Source of the DNA: Bacteroidota bacterium
GTDB taxonomy: Bacteria > Bacteroidota > Bacteroidia > Bacteroidales > Prolixibacteraceae
NCBI GenBank assembly: GCA_039714235.1
Contig: JBDLJS010000001.1
Coordinates: 17,595 to 81,594 of the forward strand
Direction: 5' to 3'
DNA length: 64,000 nucleotides
Part shown: piece after piece, positions 1 through 10,242 of the stretch
How the letters are laid out: each line of letters opens with the position of its first letter
How positions within the stretch are numbered: position 1 is the stretch's first letter
Made by a program: the position numbers and the translations under genes
Notes under the pieces: model-generated
Database searches by the model: none
What the model was told of the DNA's origin: nothing
Seen by the model: the letters and a program-made list of their open reading frames with translations, nothing else

Positions 1-1
1 A

Positions 2-985
2 TGTGGCGACTCAATACCTGCATTTTCAAACTCGTGGGTATTGCATTCAAAAATTGCTTATGCTGTTTCTGATTATCCCGACCGGAATTTTCAATTTCAA
101 AAAATTGTCTTAACCGGCCGTGCTTTAGATGGAGATTCTACAGCCTGGGATGCTCAGATGGTGCACAATCCTCATTTAAAAAGATTCAATAATAAATACT
201 ATCTATACTACGGTGCCGGCAAAGATTCGGGAGTACAACCCAAAGGCTCGAAAGGAGAAAATGTGAATAAAAGAAACCGGGTTCAGCAAAACCAAAAAAT
301 AGGTGTAATCGAATTTAACAGTTTCGAAGATCTGGTGGCTGGTAATTACCAACGGTTCGATACTCCACTGCTTGATGCCCGTACACGGGTTAAACCCGAT
401 AATATTGTGAATCCATCTCCCGAGGGCACCGAACCAAAACCCGATAATATAATTGTAGTTAATCCATCGGTTGTTCAGCGGCCTTCTGATGGAAAATACC
501 TTTTATATTTTAAGGGAAATTTCTATAATCCGGGGTGGAGGGGAGTTCATGGAGTAGCCTTAAGCGATTCTCCCACAGGGCCTTTTAAAGCTACCGACCA
601 CTTTGTTTTCGACATTAGAAACGAAGACGGAACCATTGCCAGCGGCGAAGATCCGTTTGTATGGTACCACAAAGCTCATAAAAAGTTTTACGTAGTATTA
701 AAAGACTTTTCAGGAAGGATAACCGAAGGAAAGCCGGGATTGGCGATACTGGAATCGATTGACGGAATTAAATGGACCAAACCGGATAATCCGTTTTTTA
801 TGAAAAAACAAGTGGTATTAAACAGCGGCGACACAATAAAAGTAGATCGTTTGGAACGTCCACAACTTTTAACAGATGAAAACGGGAATCCGCAAGTTTT
901 ATATAGTGCATGTGCCATTGTAAATGTAGGACCACGAACCGATGGCACCTCTTTTAATGTTCATATTCCGCTGAAAAGGGAGTGA
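2..985 (+). CDS. Glycoside hydrolase, five-bladed beta-propeller (GH43-like clan), 5'-truncated by the window edge
   Basis: Frame is open from base 2 (CGDSIPAFSNSWVLHSKIA...). Motifs HNP, VVNPSV, EDPFVW and ERPQ are typical of GH43-like propeller hydrolases. Confidence 0.65.
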   Translation, partial: CGDSIPAFSNSWVLHSKIAYAVSDYPDRNFQFQKIVLTGRALDGDSTAWDAQMVHNPHLKRFNNKYYLYYGAGKDSGVQPKGSKGENVNKRNRVQQNQKIGVIEFNSFEDLVAGNYQRFDTPLLDARTRVKPDNIVNPSPEGTEPKPDNIIVVNPSVVQRPSDGKYLLYFKGNFYNPGWRGVHGVALSDSPTGPFKATDHFVFDIRNEDGTIASGEDPFVWYHKAHKKFYVVLKDFSGRITEGKPGLAILESIDGIKWTKPDNPFFMKKQVVLNSGDTIKVDRLERPQLLTDENGNPQVLYSACAIVNVGPRTDGTSFNVHIPLKRE

Positions 986-1047
986 ATCTGTAATATTACG
1001 AAAGGATTTTACACAAATAATAAGAACCTATTTATAACCGATTTAAT

Positions 1048-2328
1048 ATGTGTAAGATTAAACTCATTTCAACCCAAAAATTAAACAGGCTGATAACATT
1101 ATCAGTTTTAATATTTTACTTATTATTAAGTTGCAAACCCGATACCGGGCAAAAAATTGCCCAGTGGCGTGGAGCAGAACGTAGTGGAATTTACAACGAA
1201 ACAGGCCTTTTAAATGAATGGACTGAAAATGGGCCTGAATTACTTTGGGTGTACGAAGGAATTGGAAAAGGCTATGCATCTCCGTCGATTTTAAACGATA
1301 AAATATTTGTAAATGGAGAAGAAGATGGCAGCAGTTTTTTGTTTGCGTTCGATTTAAAAGGAAATTTACTTTGGAAATCGCCCAATGGGAAAGAGTTTAT
1401 GGGAGAAGGATTTTCGGCTACTTATCCGGGCTCCAGATCAACTCCTACCGCAATTAACAACCTGGTTTATACCACATCAGGTACCGGTCGTATTGCCTGT
1501 TTTGAAACCTCAACCGGAGATGAAAACTGGGCAGTTGATATTGTTAAAGATTTAGGCGGACTGGATAGTTATTTTGGTTACTCAGAATCGGTAGTTGTTG
1601 ATAACGAAAAGGTATTTTGTTTCCCGGGAGGCAAAAAAAACAATACCGTTGCTCTCGATCGGTTTACAGGTAAAATTGTGTGGTCGTCTGATGCTATGAA
1701 AGATACTTTTTCGTACTGTTCGCCTATTATTATTGAATTGCCGGAACGGAAAGTACTTATTACCCATTCGAGGCATAACTTATATGTTGTTGATTGCAAT
1801 GAGGGGAATGTTCTTAGCTCATACAAAATAGAAGGATACGAGTACGATGGAGAACACTGTAATTCGCCGGTCTTTGACAATGGAGATATCTATTTTATTG
1901 GTAACGAAAAAAAATGCGGTGCAGTAAGACTGGAACTTTCACAGGATGGAGACAAACTAGAGGAGTTATGGTGCAATCCAAAAATCAAAAATAACTTTAA
2001 TGGTTATGTTAAAGTTGATAATCATCTTTTTACCACAGTTAAAGGAAATTGGTTAAAAGCCCTGGATATTGAAAACGGCATAGTTACAGATTCAGTAAAA
2101 GTGCCAACCGGCAGTTTAATTTACGCTGATAACAAATTAATATGTTACGGCATGAATGGTGAAGTAAATTTGCTTCATTTTAACCAAAATAAATTTGATA
2201 TTAAGGGTACTTTTAAAGTGACAATCGGAACTGATCATCATTTTTCGCACCCGGTTTTAGCCAACGGAGTTATGTACATAAGACATGGAAACGCATTGTT
2301 AGCTTATAAAATTAAAACTGTTTCTTAA
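1048..2328 (+). CDS. PQQ-like/BamB-family beta-propeller lipoprotein
   Basis: Lipobox-like LLLSC, then QWRG..R.G, repeated G..LW blades and a terminal HPVLANGVMYIRHG motif. Confidence 0.75.
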   Translation: MCKIKLISTQKLNRLITLSVLIFYLLLSCKPDTGQKIAQWRGAERSGIYNETGLLNEWTENGPELLWVYEGIGKGYASPSILNDKIFVNGEEDGSSFLFAFDLKGNLLWKSPNGKEFMGEGFSATYPGSRSTPTAINNLVYTTSGTGRIACFETSTGDENWAVDIVKDLGGLDSYFGYSESVVVDNEKVFCFPGGKKNNTVALDRFTGKIVWSSDAMKDTFSYCSPIIIELPERKVLITHSRHNLYVVDCNEGNVLSSYKIEGYEYDGEHCNSPVFDNGDIYFIGNEKKCGAVRLELSQDGDKLEELWCNPKIKNNFNGYVKVDNHLFTTVKGNWLKALDIENGIVTDSVKVPTGSLIYADNKLICYGMNGEVNLLHFNQNKFDIKGTFKVTIGTDHHFSHPVLANGVMYIRHGNALLAYKIKTVS

Positions 2329-2380
2329 TATAAACTTCAATAATCTCCAACACCCTTTATTTTCAATACTTTCAAAACAA

Positions 2381-2485
2381 TGTAAAAAATATTTGACAAA
2401 TTAATGTAAAATCTATTTGACATTAAGTAAATAATTTTTAACTTTATGTCGTAATTTATTTACAATTAGTAAAATTATTCATACA
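2381..2485 (+). promoter_or_regulatory. Array of five 18-bp WGTAAA-N6-TTKACA-like operator boxes
   Basis: Boxes start at 2381, 2405, 2426, 2447 and 2468, directly upstream of a membrane protein/XRE regulator operon. Confidence 0.6.
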
Positions 2486-2499
2486 TAAAATTAATAGTC

Positions 2500-2946
2500 A
2501 TGTCTTATCAGGAAAAAGAAAACATTGTAAACATTTTTAGCGGAATTGTTGTGGCCGCTATTATGGGGTGGGCTGTTTACCAACGTCACCTGGAAGGGAA
2601 CTTTGATTTAACCGAAGATTTCAGAACATGGGGAATCATTTTCCTCATTTTTATGGGTGTATCAGTTGTAGCACGTATTATTATTTACATCATCTTTCAC
2701 ATTATTAATGCCATTGCCACCAGGGAAGAAGATATACCTGTAGAAGATGAGCGTATCAAATTAATTAAACTGAAAGCACTCCGTAATTCACATTATGCAT
2801 TTTCAAGTGGATTTGTTTTGTCAATTGTAGGGCTTGCTCTCGGAATGCAGGTGTTCTGGATATTTGTATTGTTTGTTGTAAGCGGATTATTTTCAGAAAT
2901 TATCGACAATGCTTCGCAAATATATTATCACCGTAAAGGCATTTAG
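2500..2946 (+). CDS. Four-helix membrane protein (DUF2178-like partner of an XRE regulator)
   Basis: Hydrophobic segments plus a DER.K.I motif, 2 bp upstream of the HTH gene. Confidence 0.6.
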   Translation: MSYQEKENIVNIFSGIVVAAIMGWAVYQRHLEGNFDLTEDFRTWGIIFLIFMGVSVVARIIIYIIFHIINAIATREEDIPVEDERIKLIKLKALRNSHYAFSSGFVLSIVGLALGMQVFWIFVLFVVSGLFSEIIDNASQIYYHRKGI

Positions 2947-2948
2947 TC

Positions 2949-3167
2949 ATGAGCAAAAAGTACATTCAAAATAATATCAGGAAACTACGTTTTAACGCCG
3001 ATGAAATGACCCAGCAGGAATTGGCTGACAAGATAGGAGCATCGAGGCAGACAATCGTAGCCATAGAAAAAGGGAAATACTCCCCTTCGCTTGAACTGGC
3101 TTTTAAAATTGCCCTGGTTTTTGAGGTACCTATTGGAGAAGTTTTTTCGTACGAACCTGAAAAATAA
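2949..3167 (+). CDS. XRE/Cro-C1 family HTH transcriptional regulator
   Basis: [36 protein letters not shown] is a classic HTH_3 motif. Confidence 0.92.
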   Translation: MSKKYIQNNIRKLRFNADEMTQQELADKIGASRQTIVAIEKGKYSPSLELAFKIALVFEVPIGEVFSYEPEK

Positions 3168-3173
3168 AACAAC

Positions 3174-4130
3174 ATGAAAGCAATAATATATAACCGTTTC
3201 GGGCCACCGGAAGTACTTCAAATAAAAAATGTAAAAAAGCCTGTTCCGAAAACAAACGAAGTAATTGTACGGAATTATGCCACAACCGTTGCAGCTGAAG
3301 ATCCCGGTTTTCGTAAAAATCCCGGATTTAATGGTTTAATCAAACCCCGAAAGAAAATTCTGGGTCTGTATTTTTCCGGAGAAGTTGAATCAGTTGGAAA
3401 AGATGTAAAGCTTTTTAAACCGGGAGACAAGGTTTATGGCTCCACCGGCTTGCAAATGGGTACCAACGCACAGTATTTCTGTATTCAGGAAGAAGCAGCG
3501 ATAGAATTAAAGTCGGAAAACCTGACCTACGACGAGGCAGCTGCAATTCCGAATGGTGCATTAACTGCACTACCGTTTTTAAGAGATAATGCAAGAATAA
3601 AACCAGGACAAAAAATATTGATTAATGGTGCATCAGGAACAGTGGGTCTTTCTGCTGTTCAACTGGCAAAATATTTTGGTGCTGAAGTAACAGGTGTTTG
3701 CAGTAGCCCAAACCTTGAACTTGTAAAATCGTTTGGTGCCATTGATGTTATCGATTACACAAAACATGATTTTACGAAAAGCAATAAAACATGGGACATA
3801 ATTTTTGATGCAGTGGGAAAAAGTTCGTTTTCGAAATGTAAAAATGTATTGACAGAAAACGGCGTTTATCTTACTACATTCCCTACGGCAGGTATCTTAT
3901 TTCAAAAAGTATTTGGCTTAGATAAAGGGCAAAGAGCCGATTTTGCAGCCACAGGTTTACGAAACAAACGGAAACAGAAAACAGATTTAAAAACAATAAA
4001 ATCCATTGTGGAAGAAGGGAAGTTAAAACCAGCAATCGACCGAAAATATACAATGGAAGAAATTGCAGAAGCACATAAATATGTTGCTACTGGGCATAAA
4101 AAAGGAGATGTTGTAATAAATATTGATTAA
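3174..4130 (+). CDS. NAD(P)-dependent MDR-family oxidoreductase (quinone oxidoreductase-like)
   Basis: MKAIIY..FGPPEVL start, GXXGXXG-type INGASGTVG, KKGDVVI terminus. Confidence 0.88.
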   Translation: MKAIIYNRFGPPEVLQIKNVKKPVPKTNEVIVRNYATTVAAEDPGFRKNPGFNGLIKPRKKILGLYFSGEVESVGKDVKLFKPGDKVYGSTGLQMGTNAQYFCIQEEAAIELKSENLTYDEAAAIPNGALTALPFLRDNARIKPGQKILINGASGTVGLSAVQLAKYFGAEVTGVCSSPNLELVKSFGAIDVIDYTKHDFTKSNKTWDIIFDAVGKSSFSKCKNVLTENGVYLTTFPTAGILFQKVFGLDKGQRADFAATGLRNKRKQKTDLKTIKSIVEEGKLKPAIDRKYTMEEIAEAHKYVATGHKKGDVVINID

Positions 4131-4140
4131 AAGTGAAAAA

Positions 4141-5103
4141 ATGAAAGCAATAGTACGCGAAAAATATGGCTCTGCAGATGAGCTTAAATTACAGGAAGTA
4201 GAAAAACCTGTTCCTAAAAACGATGAAGTTTTAGTTAAAGTCCATGCTGTGTCGCTCAATGCGTCTGATGTTGAGAACTTGACAGGTACACCATTTTATA
4301 TCAGGGCATGGGGGCTTTTCAAACCAAAATATAAAATACTGGGTTCCGACATTGCCGGGGTTGTTGAAGCAGTGGGCAGCAAGGTTACAAAATTTAAAAA
4401 GGGCGACGCTGTTTTTGGCGATGCGCTTTACACCTGGGGCGGATTTGCCGAATATGCCTGCATTCCTGAGAAGGTGCTGACAAAGAAACCTGAAAGCCTG
4501 ACATTTAAAGTAGCTGCTGCCCTCCCACAGTCAGCCGAGGTTGCCGTGCAGGGACTTCGTTATAAAAACATGATTAAAGCCGGAAGTAAAGTATTGATAA
4601 ACGGGGCTGGCGGTGGTTCGGGCTCGTTTGCAATACAGATTGCCAAACTAATGGAGGCAGAAGTAACAGGGATTGACAACTCAGAAAAACTGGGACTAAT
4701 GAGCTCGCTTGGAGCCGATCATGTTATCGACTATAAAATGGAAGACTTTACTAAAAACGGCAAGAAGTACGACCTTATTCTCGATCTTGTTGCATCGCAC
4801 TGTATTTTCGATTACAGACGTTCGCTGGCTCCCAAAGGCGTTTATGGTATCGTTGGCGGACACATGAGGCATATTTTCAGCACACTGATTATTGGCGGAT
4901 TAATCTCTTTATTCGGGAAAAAGAAAATGGGTATGGTGGCTGTTAACTCAAATCAAGACTTAAACTATATTACTGGCTTGATTGAATCGGGCAAAATAAA
5001 ACCGGTGATCGATAAAGTGTTTACGCTGGAACAAGTACCGGAAGCCATGCGCTACCAAAGCGAGGGGCGTGCTAAAGGGAAGGTGGTGATCAAAATATTA
5101 TAA
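4141..5103 (+). CDS. Second tandem NAD(P)-dependent MDR-family oxidoreductase
   Basis: MKAIVREKYGSADELKL (ATG at 4141 preferred over 4123), INGAGGGSG, AKGKVVI terminus. Confidence 0.88.
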   Translation: MKAIVREKYGSADELKLQEVEKPVPKNDEVLVKVHAVSLNASDVENLTGTPFYIRAWGLFKPKYKILGSDIAGVVEAVGSKVTKFKKGDAVFGDALYTWGGFAEYACIPEKVLTKKPESLTFKVAAALPQSAEVAVQGLRYKNMIKAGSKVLINGAGGGSGSFAIQIAKLMEAEVTGIDNSEKLGLMSSLGADHVIDYKMEDFTKNGKKYDLILDLVASHCIFDYRRSLAPKGVYGIVGGHMRHIFSTLIIGGLISLFGKKKMGMVAVNSNQDLNYITGLIESGKIKPVIDKVFTLEQVPEAMRYQSEGRAKGKVVIKIL

Positions 5104-5132
5104 AAAAGCCCCTCATCAAACGATAAGAGGCT
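5102..5132 (-). terminator. Intrinsic terminator of the oxidoreductase (vor) operon
   Basis: Minus strand reads AGCCTCTTATC-GTTT-GATGAGGGGCT-TTTTT, between convergent genes. Confidence 0.7.
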
Positions 5133-5164
5133 AAGAAAGTATAATCTAATTTGGTTAAATTCTT

Positions 5165-5716
5165 TTAAACCAATTGTACATCTTCCACTATCTCCTGCCC
5201 TTTCTGGATGGCTTCGAGGTTAAGCGGAATAAGTTTGTGGTAACGCTCGGGAAGCGATTTTTCCAGGCCTTTCTCTACATTATCTAACGAAAGTATCGGA
5301 CGTACTTTCAGGTAGCTGCCAAAAACAATCATATTGAATACTTTGGGATTCCCCATTTCAACAGCTTTTTGAGTAGCTTCTACTTTAAAAATATTAATGT
5401 CGGTACGGGATGGTGGAGTAATAATCCCGTTGGGATCGTACAACAGTGTTCCGCCAGGTTTAACAGCATTTTCAAACTTATCAAGACTCTGCTGGTTAAG
5501 GATAATGGCTGTATCGTATTCCTGTAGAATAGGTGAACTAATGCGGTTATCGCTGACAATAACTGTAACGTTGGCTGTACCTCCACGCATTTCGGGCCCA
5601 TACGACGGAAACCAGGTTACCTCTTTGTCTTCCATAATACCAGAGTAAGCAAGTATTTTACCCATTGAAAGTACTCCCTGTCCGCCAAATCCGGCAATTA
5701 TCATCTCTTCTGTCAT
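5165..5716 (-). CDS. 2-oxoacid:ferredoxin oxidoreductase gamma subunit
   Basis: IIAGFGGQGVLSMG and PSYGPEMRGGTAN motifs. Confidence 0.92.
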   Translation of the reverse strand: MTEEMIIAGFGGQGVLSMGKILAYSGIMEDKEVTWFPSYGPEMRGGTANVTVIVSDNRISSPILQEYDTAIILNQQSLDKFENAVKPGGTLLYDPNGIITPPSRTDINIFKVEATQKAVEMGNPKVFNMIVFGSYLKVRPILSLDNVEKGLEKSLPERYHKLIPLNLEAIQKGQEIVEDVQLV

Positions 5717-5727
5717 AACTTACTTTT

Positions 5728-6516
5728 TTAATTTTCTGAAGTGGATTCACCTTTTTCACTGTCTTTCATATCACCTAACGGATAGTATGGAATCATGTTT
5801 CCTTCCATCCAATTATTTGCTCCCACCGGAGTCATTTTCCATCCCGAATTACAGGTTGAAACCACTTCTACAAACGAAGTTCCCTTTTTATCCAAAACAT
5901 TCTGAATTGCTTTTTTTAACGAGCGTTTGCATTTACGAACTGCAGCAGGAGTATGAGCCGCCTGCCTGGTAACATACGATGTTCCGGGTAGTTGCGCAAT
6001 CAGGTTGGTAATTTTCATCGGGTAACCGTTCAAATCGATATTTCTACCGCCAGGAGTAGTAGATGTCACCATTCCCTCCAGAGTAGTTGGTGCCATCTGT
6101 CCTCCGGTCATGCCGTAAATTCCGTTGTTTATAAATACAACCAACATATTTTCTCCGCGGTTACAGGCATGCATTATTTCTGATGTACCTATTGATGCCA
6201 GGTCACCGTCGCCCTGGTAAGTAAACACAAAGGCATTCGGGTTTAAACGTGCAACACCTGTTGCCACAGCCGGTGCACGGCCATGTGCTGCTTCCTGCCA
6301 GTCAATATCGATGTAGTTATACGCAAACACGGCACAACCTACAGGTGCAATACCTATTGTTCTGTCCTGAATTCCCATCTCTTCAATCAATTCAGCAAGA
6401 ATTTTATGAACTACACCATGGGTACATCCCGGGCAGTAGTGCATTACATCGTCGTTTAGGACTTTCGACCTGCCATAAACAATATTTTCAGGCTTAATAA
6501 CTTCTTTTAACTCCAT
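5728..6516 (-). CDS. 2-oxoacid:ferredoxin oxidoreductase beta (TPP-binding) subunit
   Basis: YCPGCTHG, GDGDLASIG...NN TPP motif, YGMTGGQMAPTT. Confidence 0.92.
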   Translation of the reverse strand: MELKEVIKPENIVYGRSKVLNDDVMHYCPGCTHGVVHKILAELIEEMGIQDRTIGIAPVGCAVFAYNYIDIDWQEAAHGRAPAVATGVARLNPNAFVFTYQGDGDLASIGTSEIMHACNRGENMLVVFINNGIYGMTGGQMAPTTLEGMVTSTTPGGRNIDLNGYPMKITNLIAQLPGTSYVTRQAAHTPAAVRKCKRSLKKAIQNVLDKKGTSFVEVVSTCNSGWKMTPVGANNWMEGNMIPYYPLGDMKDSEKGESTSEN

Positions 6517-7615
6517 AACTTAACTCCCATGAAAATTTTTCTTCCAATGCTTCAACAACCTCACCGGGTGTAGGTATAATACCTCCCATTCTTCCAAAAT
6601 GGTTCACCCTTACATTACTTCCGGCTTCGTAAACGGCAAGTTTAATATCTTCTATCATCTGTCCGGCACTCATTTCTACCGATAAAAATCCTTTAGCCTT
6701 TCTGGCAAGTTCTTTTATAATTTTTTTGGGGAAAGGATATAAAGTAATAGGCCTCAATAAACCCACTTTTAATCCTTTGGCACGTGCTATCTCTACCGAT
6801 TTCTGACAAACCCGTGATGAAGTACCGAAAGCTACTATAATAAACTCGGCATCGTCGCACTTAATGGCCTCGTAACGGACCTCTTCCTCTTCCATTTTTT
6901 TATACTTCTCCTGGAAACGCAGGTTATTGGCCTCCATTTTATCCGAATCCATTTCGAGCGAAGTAACAATATTCTTTTTACGCGATGCCGGTTTTCCTGT
7001 CGTTGCCCAGTCGCCCCATTTTTCTGTAATCTCATCTTCTGTCCAGCGAGGCTTAAAATCTGCCAGCTCAACTTTTTCCATCATCTGGCCAATTGCTCCG
7101 TCGGTTAAAATCATTGCCGGGTTTCGGTATTTAAAAGCCAGCTCGAAACCAAGGTCGACAAAATCGTTCATTTCCTGAACTGACGAGGGCGCCAGTACAA
7201 TCATTTTATAGTCGCCGTGGCCACCACCTTTTACTGCCTGAAAATAGTCGGCCTGCGATGGCTGAATGGTACCGAGTCCCGGGCCACCACGTTGAACGTT
7301 CACTAACAGACAAGGCAACTCGGCCCCGGCAATATATGATATTCCTTCTGTCATTAAACTTATTCCCGGGCTCGATGAAGATGTCATTACCTTTTTACCG
7401 GTTGCAGCAGCACCATATAACATATTAATTGATGCAACCTCGCTTTCTGCCTGAAGCACCACCATCCCGGTTTCATTCCATGGCTGGCGCAGCATAAGCG
7501 TCTCCATTACTTCCGACTGAGGTGTTATGGGATAGCCAAAGTATCCGTCGCACCCACATCGGATGGCAGCTTCGGCCAGCACCTCGTTTCCTTTCATTAA
7601 TCTTAGTTCTCCCAT
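6494..7615 (-). CDS. vorB: 2-oxoacid:ferredoxin oxidoreductase alpha subunit (VorB-type)
   Basis: MKGNEVLAEAAIRCGC..YFGYPITPQSE, QAESEVA and TSSSSPGISL motifs. Confidence 0.88.
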   Translation of the reverse strand: MGELRLMKGNEVLAEAAIRCGCDGYFGYPITPQSEVMETLMLRQPWNETGMVVLQAESEVASINMLYGAAATGKKVMTSSSSPGISLMTEGISYIAGAELPCLLVNVQRGGPGLGTIQPSQADYFQAVKGGGHGDYKMIVLAPSSVQEMNDFVDLGFELAFKYRNPAMILTDGAIGQMMEKVELADFKPRWTEDEITEKWGDWATTGKPASRKKNIVTSLEMDSDKMEANNLRFQEKYKKMEEEEVRYEAIKCDDAEFIIVAFGTSSRVCQKSVEIARAKGLKVGLLRPITLYPFPKKIIKELARKAKGFLSVEMSAGQMIEDIKLAVYEAGSNVRVNHFGRMGGIIPTPGEVVEALEEKFSWELSYGVKRSY

Positions 7616-7720
7616 TTGTATTTATTACTGATTATTTTCTATTGATTATTTGTTTGAATGATTTTGAATTATATAATCCATTATTCCCGAATTGATCAAT
7701 AATCATTCATAAATAATAGT

Positions 7721-7945
7721 TTAAACCTTCACCCGGTAAACGGTTATACACGTATCAGGACAAACAACACCACAATTGGCACATCCAATACAGGCGTCGG
7801 GATTTTTCATATACGAATAGTGGTATCCTTTGCTGTTTACTTCTCTGTTCAATGCCAACACCTCGTGCGGACATGCCTCAACACACAGACTACATCCTTT
7901 GCATGCTTCGATATCAACAACAACTGCTCCTTTAACTTTTGCCAT
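7721..7945 (-). CDS. 2x[4Fe-4S] ferredoxin-like delta subunit
   Basis: CKGCSLCVEACP and CIGCANCGVVCP. Confidence 0.92.
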   Translation of the reverse strand: MAKVKGAVVVDIEACKGCSLCVEACPHEVLALNREVNSKGYHYSYMKNPDACIGCANCGVVCPDTCITVYRVKV

Positions 7946-8147
7946 ATTTAATCGTATTTTCTGCTAAAATTAATAACCTTTAACAAGTAAAAACACCATA
8001 AAAGTCAGGTTCTTCGACTTTTAAAACCAATGGTTTGAGTTCATTACGGAAAAAGGATTATTACTTTCAGATTCAAATTTTATCACAACAATTCTTTTGA
8101 GTTTTTATCTCAATGCACAAAACTATTTTATACAAAATTAAAAGTAT

Positions 8148-8161
8148 GCAACTATTGTTGC
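8148..8161. promoter_or_regulatory. Palindrome GCAAC-N4-GTTGC upstream of the vor operon
   Basis: GCAACTATTGTTGC lies between the Crp/Fnr gene end and the ferredoxin start. Confidence 0.35.
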
Positions 8162-8270
8162 TTATTCACCCAATATTTAAAAGAGAAGTTGTTTAAAGTT
8201 AAATTGAAAAACTGCGAACAACCCGCCTACCGGCAGGCGTTTTGTTATTTGGAGCCTGGATCTTGGCATT

Positions 8271-8837
8271 TTACAACTGGTATAAAATCCTTGTAAGAAT
8301 GTTTCTGTGAATTCCAAGATAGGAAGCAATATGTTGTCGTTGAAGTTTTTGTGCAAGCTCTGGATGCTCTTCGAGGAATTTGCGAATACGGTGTTCGGCA
8401 TTTAGCGATTGAAAAGAATGTATACGCTCCATGGCCTGAATATAGCTCTCCTCTGCCAGAATCCGGACGGTGCGCTCGAATTTTGGGTGGTTATCGAGTA
8501 AATATTTAAACTCTTCCTTTTCAATACAAATTAGTCGCGAGTCTTCGTATGCACTGATTCGTTCTGTAGAATTTTTGCTAAAATAAAATCCCTGGTGGTT
8601 GCTAACAATAAAGTTATTTGGCGGAAAAAAGAACCTGGAAATCCATTCAATACCACCATCGCTCAGATAAGAAGCATACAATAAGCCCTCAGTAAGAATT
8701 CCTATTTTTTTAGTTTTTTCGCCGTAGTTTATAAACGACTCTCCCTTTTTTAGAACGACGATTTTGTTTTTAAATTCAATTGAATTTAAAAGATCGAGTG
8801 TAAGTTTATATCTTGAAATTACCTTGTTATTATCCAT
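8271..8837 (-). CDS. Crp/Fnr family transcriptional regulator
   Basis: cNMP-binding-like N-terminus and C-terminal HTH QRHIASYLGIHRNILTRI. Confidence 0.85.
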   Translation of the reverse strand: MDNNKVISRYKLTLDLLNSIEFKNKIVVLKKGESFINYGEKTKKIGILTEGLLYASYLSDGGIEWISRFFFPPNNFIVSNHQGFYFSKNSTERISAYEDSRLICIEKEEFKYLLDNHPKFERTVRILAEESYIQAMERIHSFQSLNAEHRIRKFLEEHPELAQKLQRQHIASYLGIHRNILTRILYQL

Positions 8838-8845
8838 CCGGTAAA

Positions 8846-10159
8846 TCAGTCCTTAAAATTTTCGTTAAATGAACTCAACCTGTTATCCAGTTCCCCAAAT
8901 TGCTCTCGTTTTACAAAAGATACACAAGCCCGAATCCCCTCTTCTTCGCTGCCGGTATTATCCAGGGCAATGGCGCTTATCCCATAAAAAAGGAGGTTAG
9001 CTGCCAGCTCATTTCCTGTCATTCCCGGGTAACTAATGGTAAAATAAAAACCATCGGCAATGGGAACATCAAGGTCATTCTTATATACAATATCAAATCC
9101 GTTCTTCAGAAAAAGGTCTTTCATCACTTTAGCCTTTTCGCCATATTCTTTTATACTTTCAATAAAATTAAATGTTCCTTTGTTGGCTGCTTTTAACATG
9201 GCTGCCAGGGCCCACTGTGCAGAGTGGCTTGTGCCTGACGATAAAGAATATAAAAGCCTTAGTGTTACTGTTGCCCCAAATGAGGTTCCTTTAAACCGTA
9301 CCTGCAGGTCTGGATAATCGCGGTTAAAAAGTTTATCGGAAATAGCCATTATCCCAATTCGCTGCCCGGCATAAGAGAATATTTTCGAACTGGAAATAAA
9401 AAGAATATAATTATCAGTATAATTTGCAACTGTTGGCTGAAAAGGAGGCACTCCCGGTTTCGACAGGTCTTTCCTGAAATCCATGCCAAAATAAGCAAGG
9501 TCTTCCATTACAATTACATCGTATTTATTTGCCAGCTCACCAATTATTTGTAATTCTTCTTCAGTAAAACAAATCCAGGTTGGATTATTCGGGTTAGAAT
9601 AAATTATTGAATTTATATTTCCTTTTGCCAGTATTTGTTCCAGTTTTCCACGAAGTGTTTCCCCCCTGAAATTAAAAACATCAAACGTTTCGTATTTCAT
9701 TCCAAGTACCAGCATCTGCTGCTTTTGCACAGGGAATCCGGGATCAATAAACAGGGCAGTATCTTTCTTCTTATCGATATTCCCGGCAGCCAAAAAGGCA
9801 GTATAAGTACCCTGCATCGATCCTGTTGTAGGTATACAACCGGCAGGCTGCAAATCGATATCCAGGAAATTTTTAATAAATTTTGAAGCCTCTGATTTCA
9901 ATGGCTTAATGCCGTCAACCATCGGGTATATTGCCGCTACTCCCCTTTTGAGTGCATTTATTTCAGCTTCAGTTCCGATTTGTGCCGGTGGCAATCCCGG
10001 TACCCCCATCTCCATTCGAATGTATTTAAAACCGGTCTCTTCTTCTACAAGGTTTACAAGCGCAACAATTTCACGAATCGATGCTTTACCAACATCGGGA
10101 ATGCGTAACTGCGTTATTTTTTTTTCGACAACCGATTTGTCTAAAGGTGAATTTTTCAT
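8846..10159 (-). CDS. PLP-dependent aminotransferase class I/II
   Basis: NPNNPT, EDLAY and SSSKIFSYAGQRIG motifs. Confidence 0.88.
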   Translation of the reverse strand: MKNSPLDKSVVEKKITQLRIPDVGKASIREIVALVNLVEEETGFKYIRMEMGVPGLPPAQIGTEAEINALKRGVAAIYPMVDGIKPLKSEASKFIKNFLDIDLQPAGCIPTTGSMQGTYTAFLAAGNIDKKKDTALFIDPGFPVQKQQMLVLGMKYETFDVFNFRGETLRGKLEQILAKGNINSIIYSNPNNPTWICFTEEELQIIGELANKYDVIVMEDLAYFGMDFRKDLSKPGVPPFQPTVANYTDNYILFISSSKIFSYAGQRIGIMAISDKLFNRDYPDLQVRFKGTSFGATVTLRLLYSLSSGTSHSAQWALAAMLKAANKGTFNFIESIKEYGEKAKVMKDLFLKNGFDIVYKNDLDVPIADGFYFTISYPGMTGNELAANLLFYGISAIALDNTGSEEEGIRACVSFVKREQFGELDNRLSSFNENFKD

Positions 10160-10242
10160 CCTGATTAGTTCAAGGTTTAAAGTTTAGTGTTCAGCTTATT
10201 TTAACTTTTCCAAATCTCTAAAACGATGTTTACCAAAATTGG

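Noticed and set aside
3174-5103. Tandem oxidoreductases as a recent duplication
   Set aside because: The proteins are clearly divergent, and paired MDR genes behind XRE regulators are ordinary.
6494-6516. 23-bp overlap of vorB with the beta subunit as a programmed frameshift
   Set aside because: One base fewer in the T-run would end the protein at ...EEKFHGS* before the next ATG, so this is more likely a trivial indel or sequencing error. The catalytic region is unaffected.
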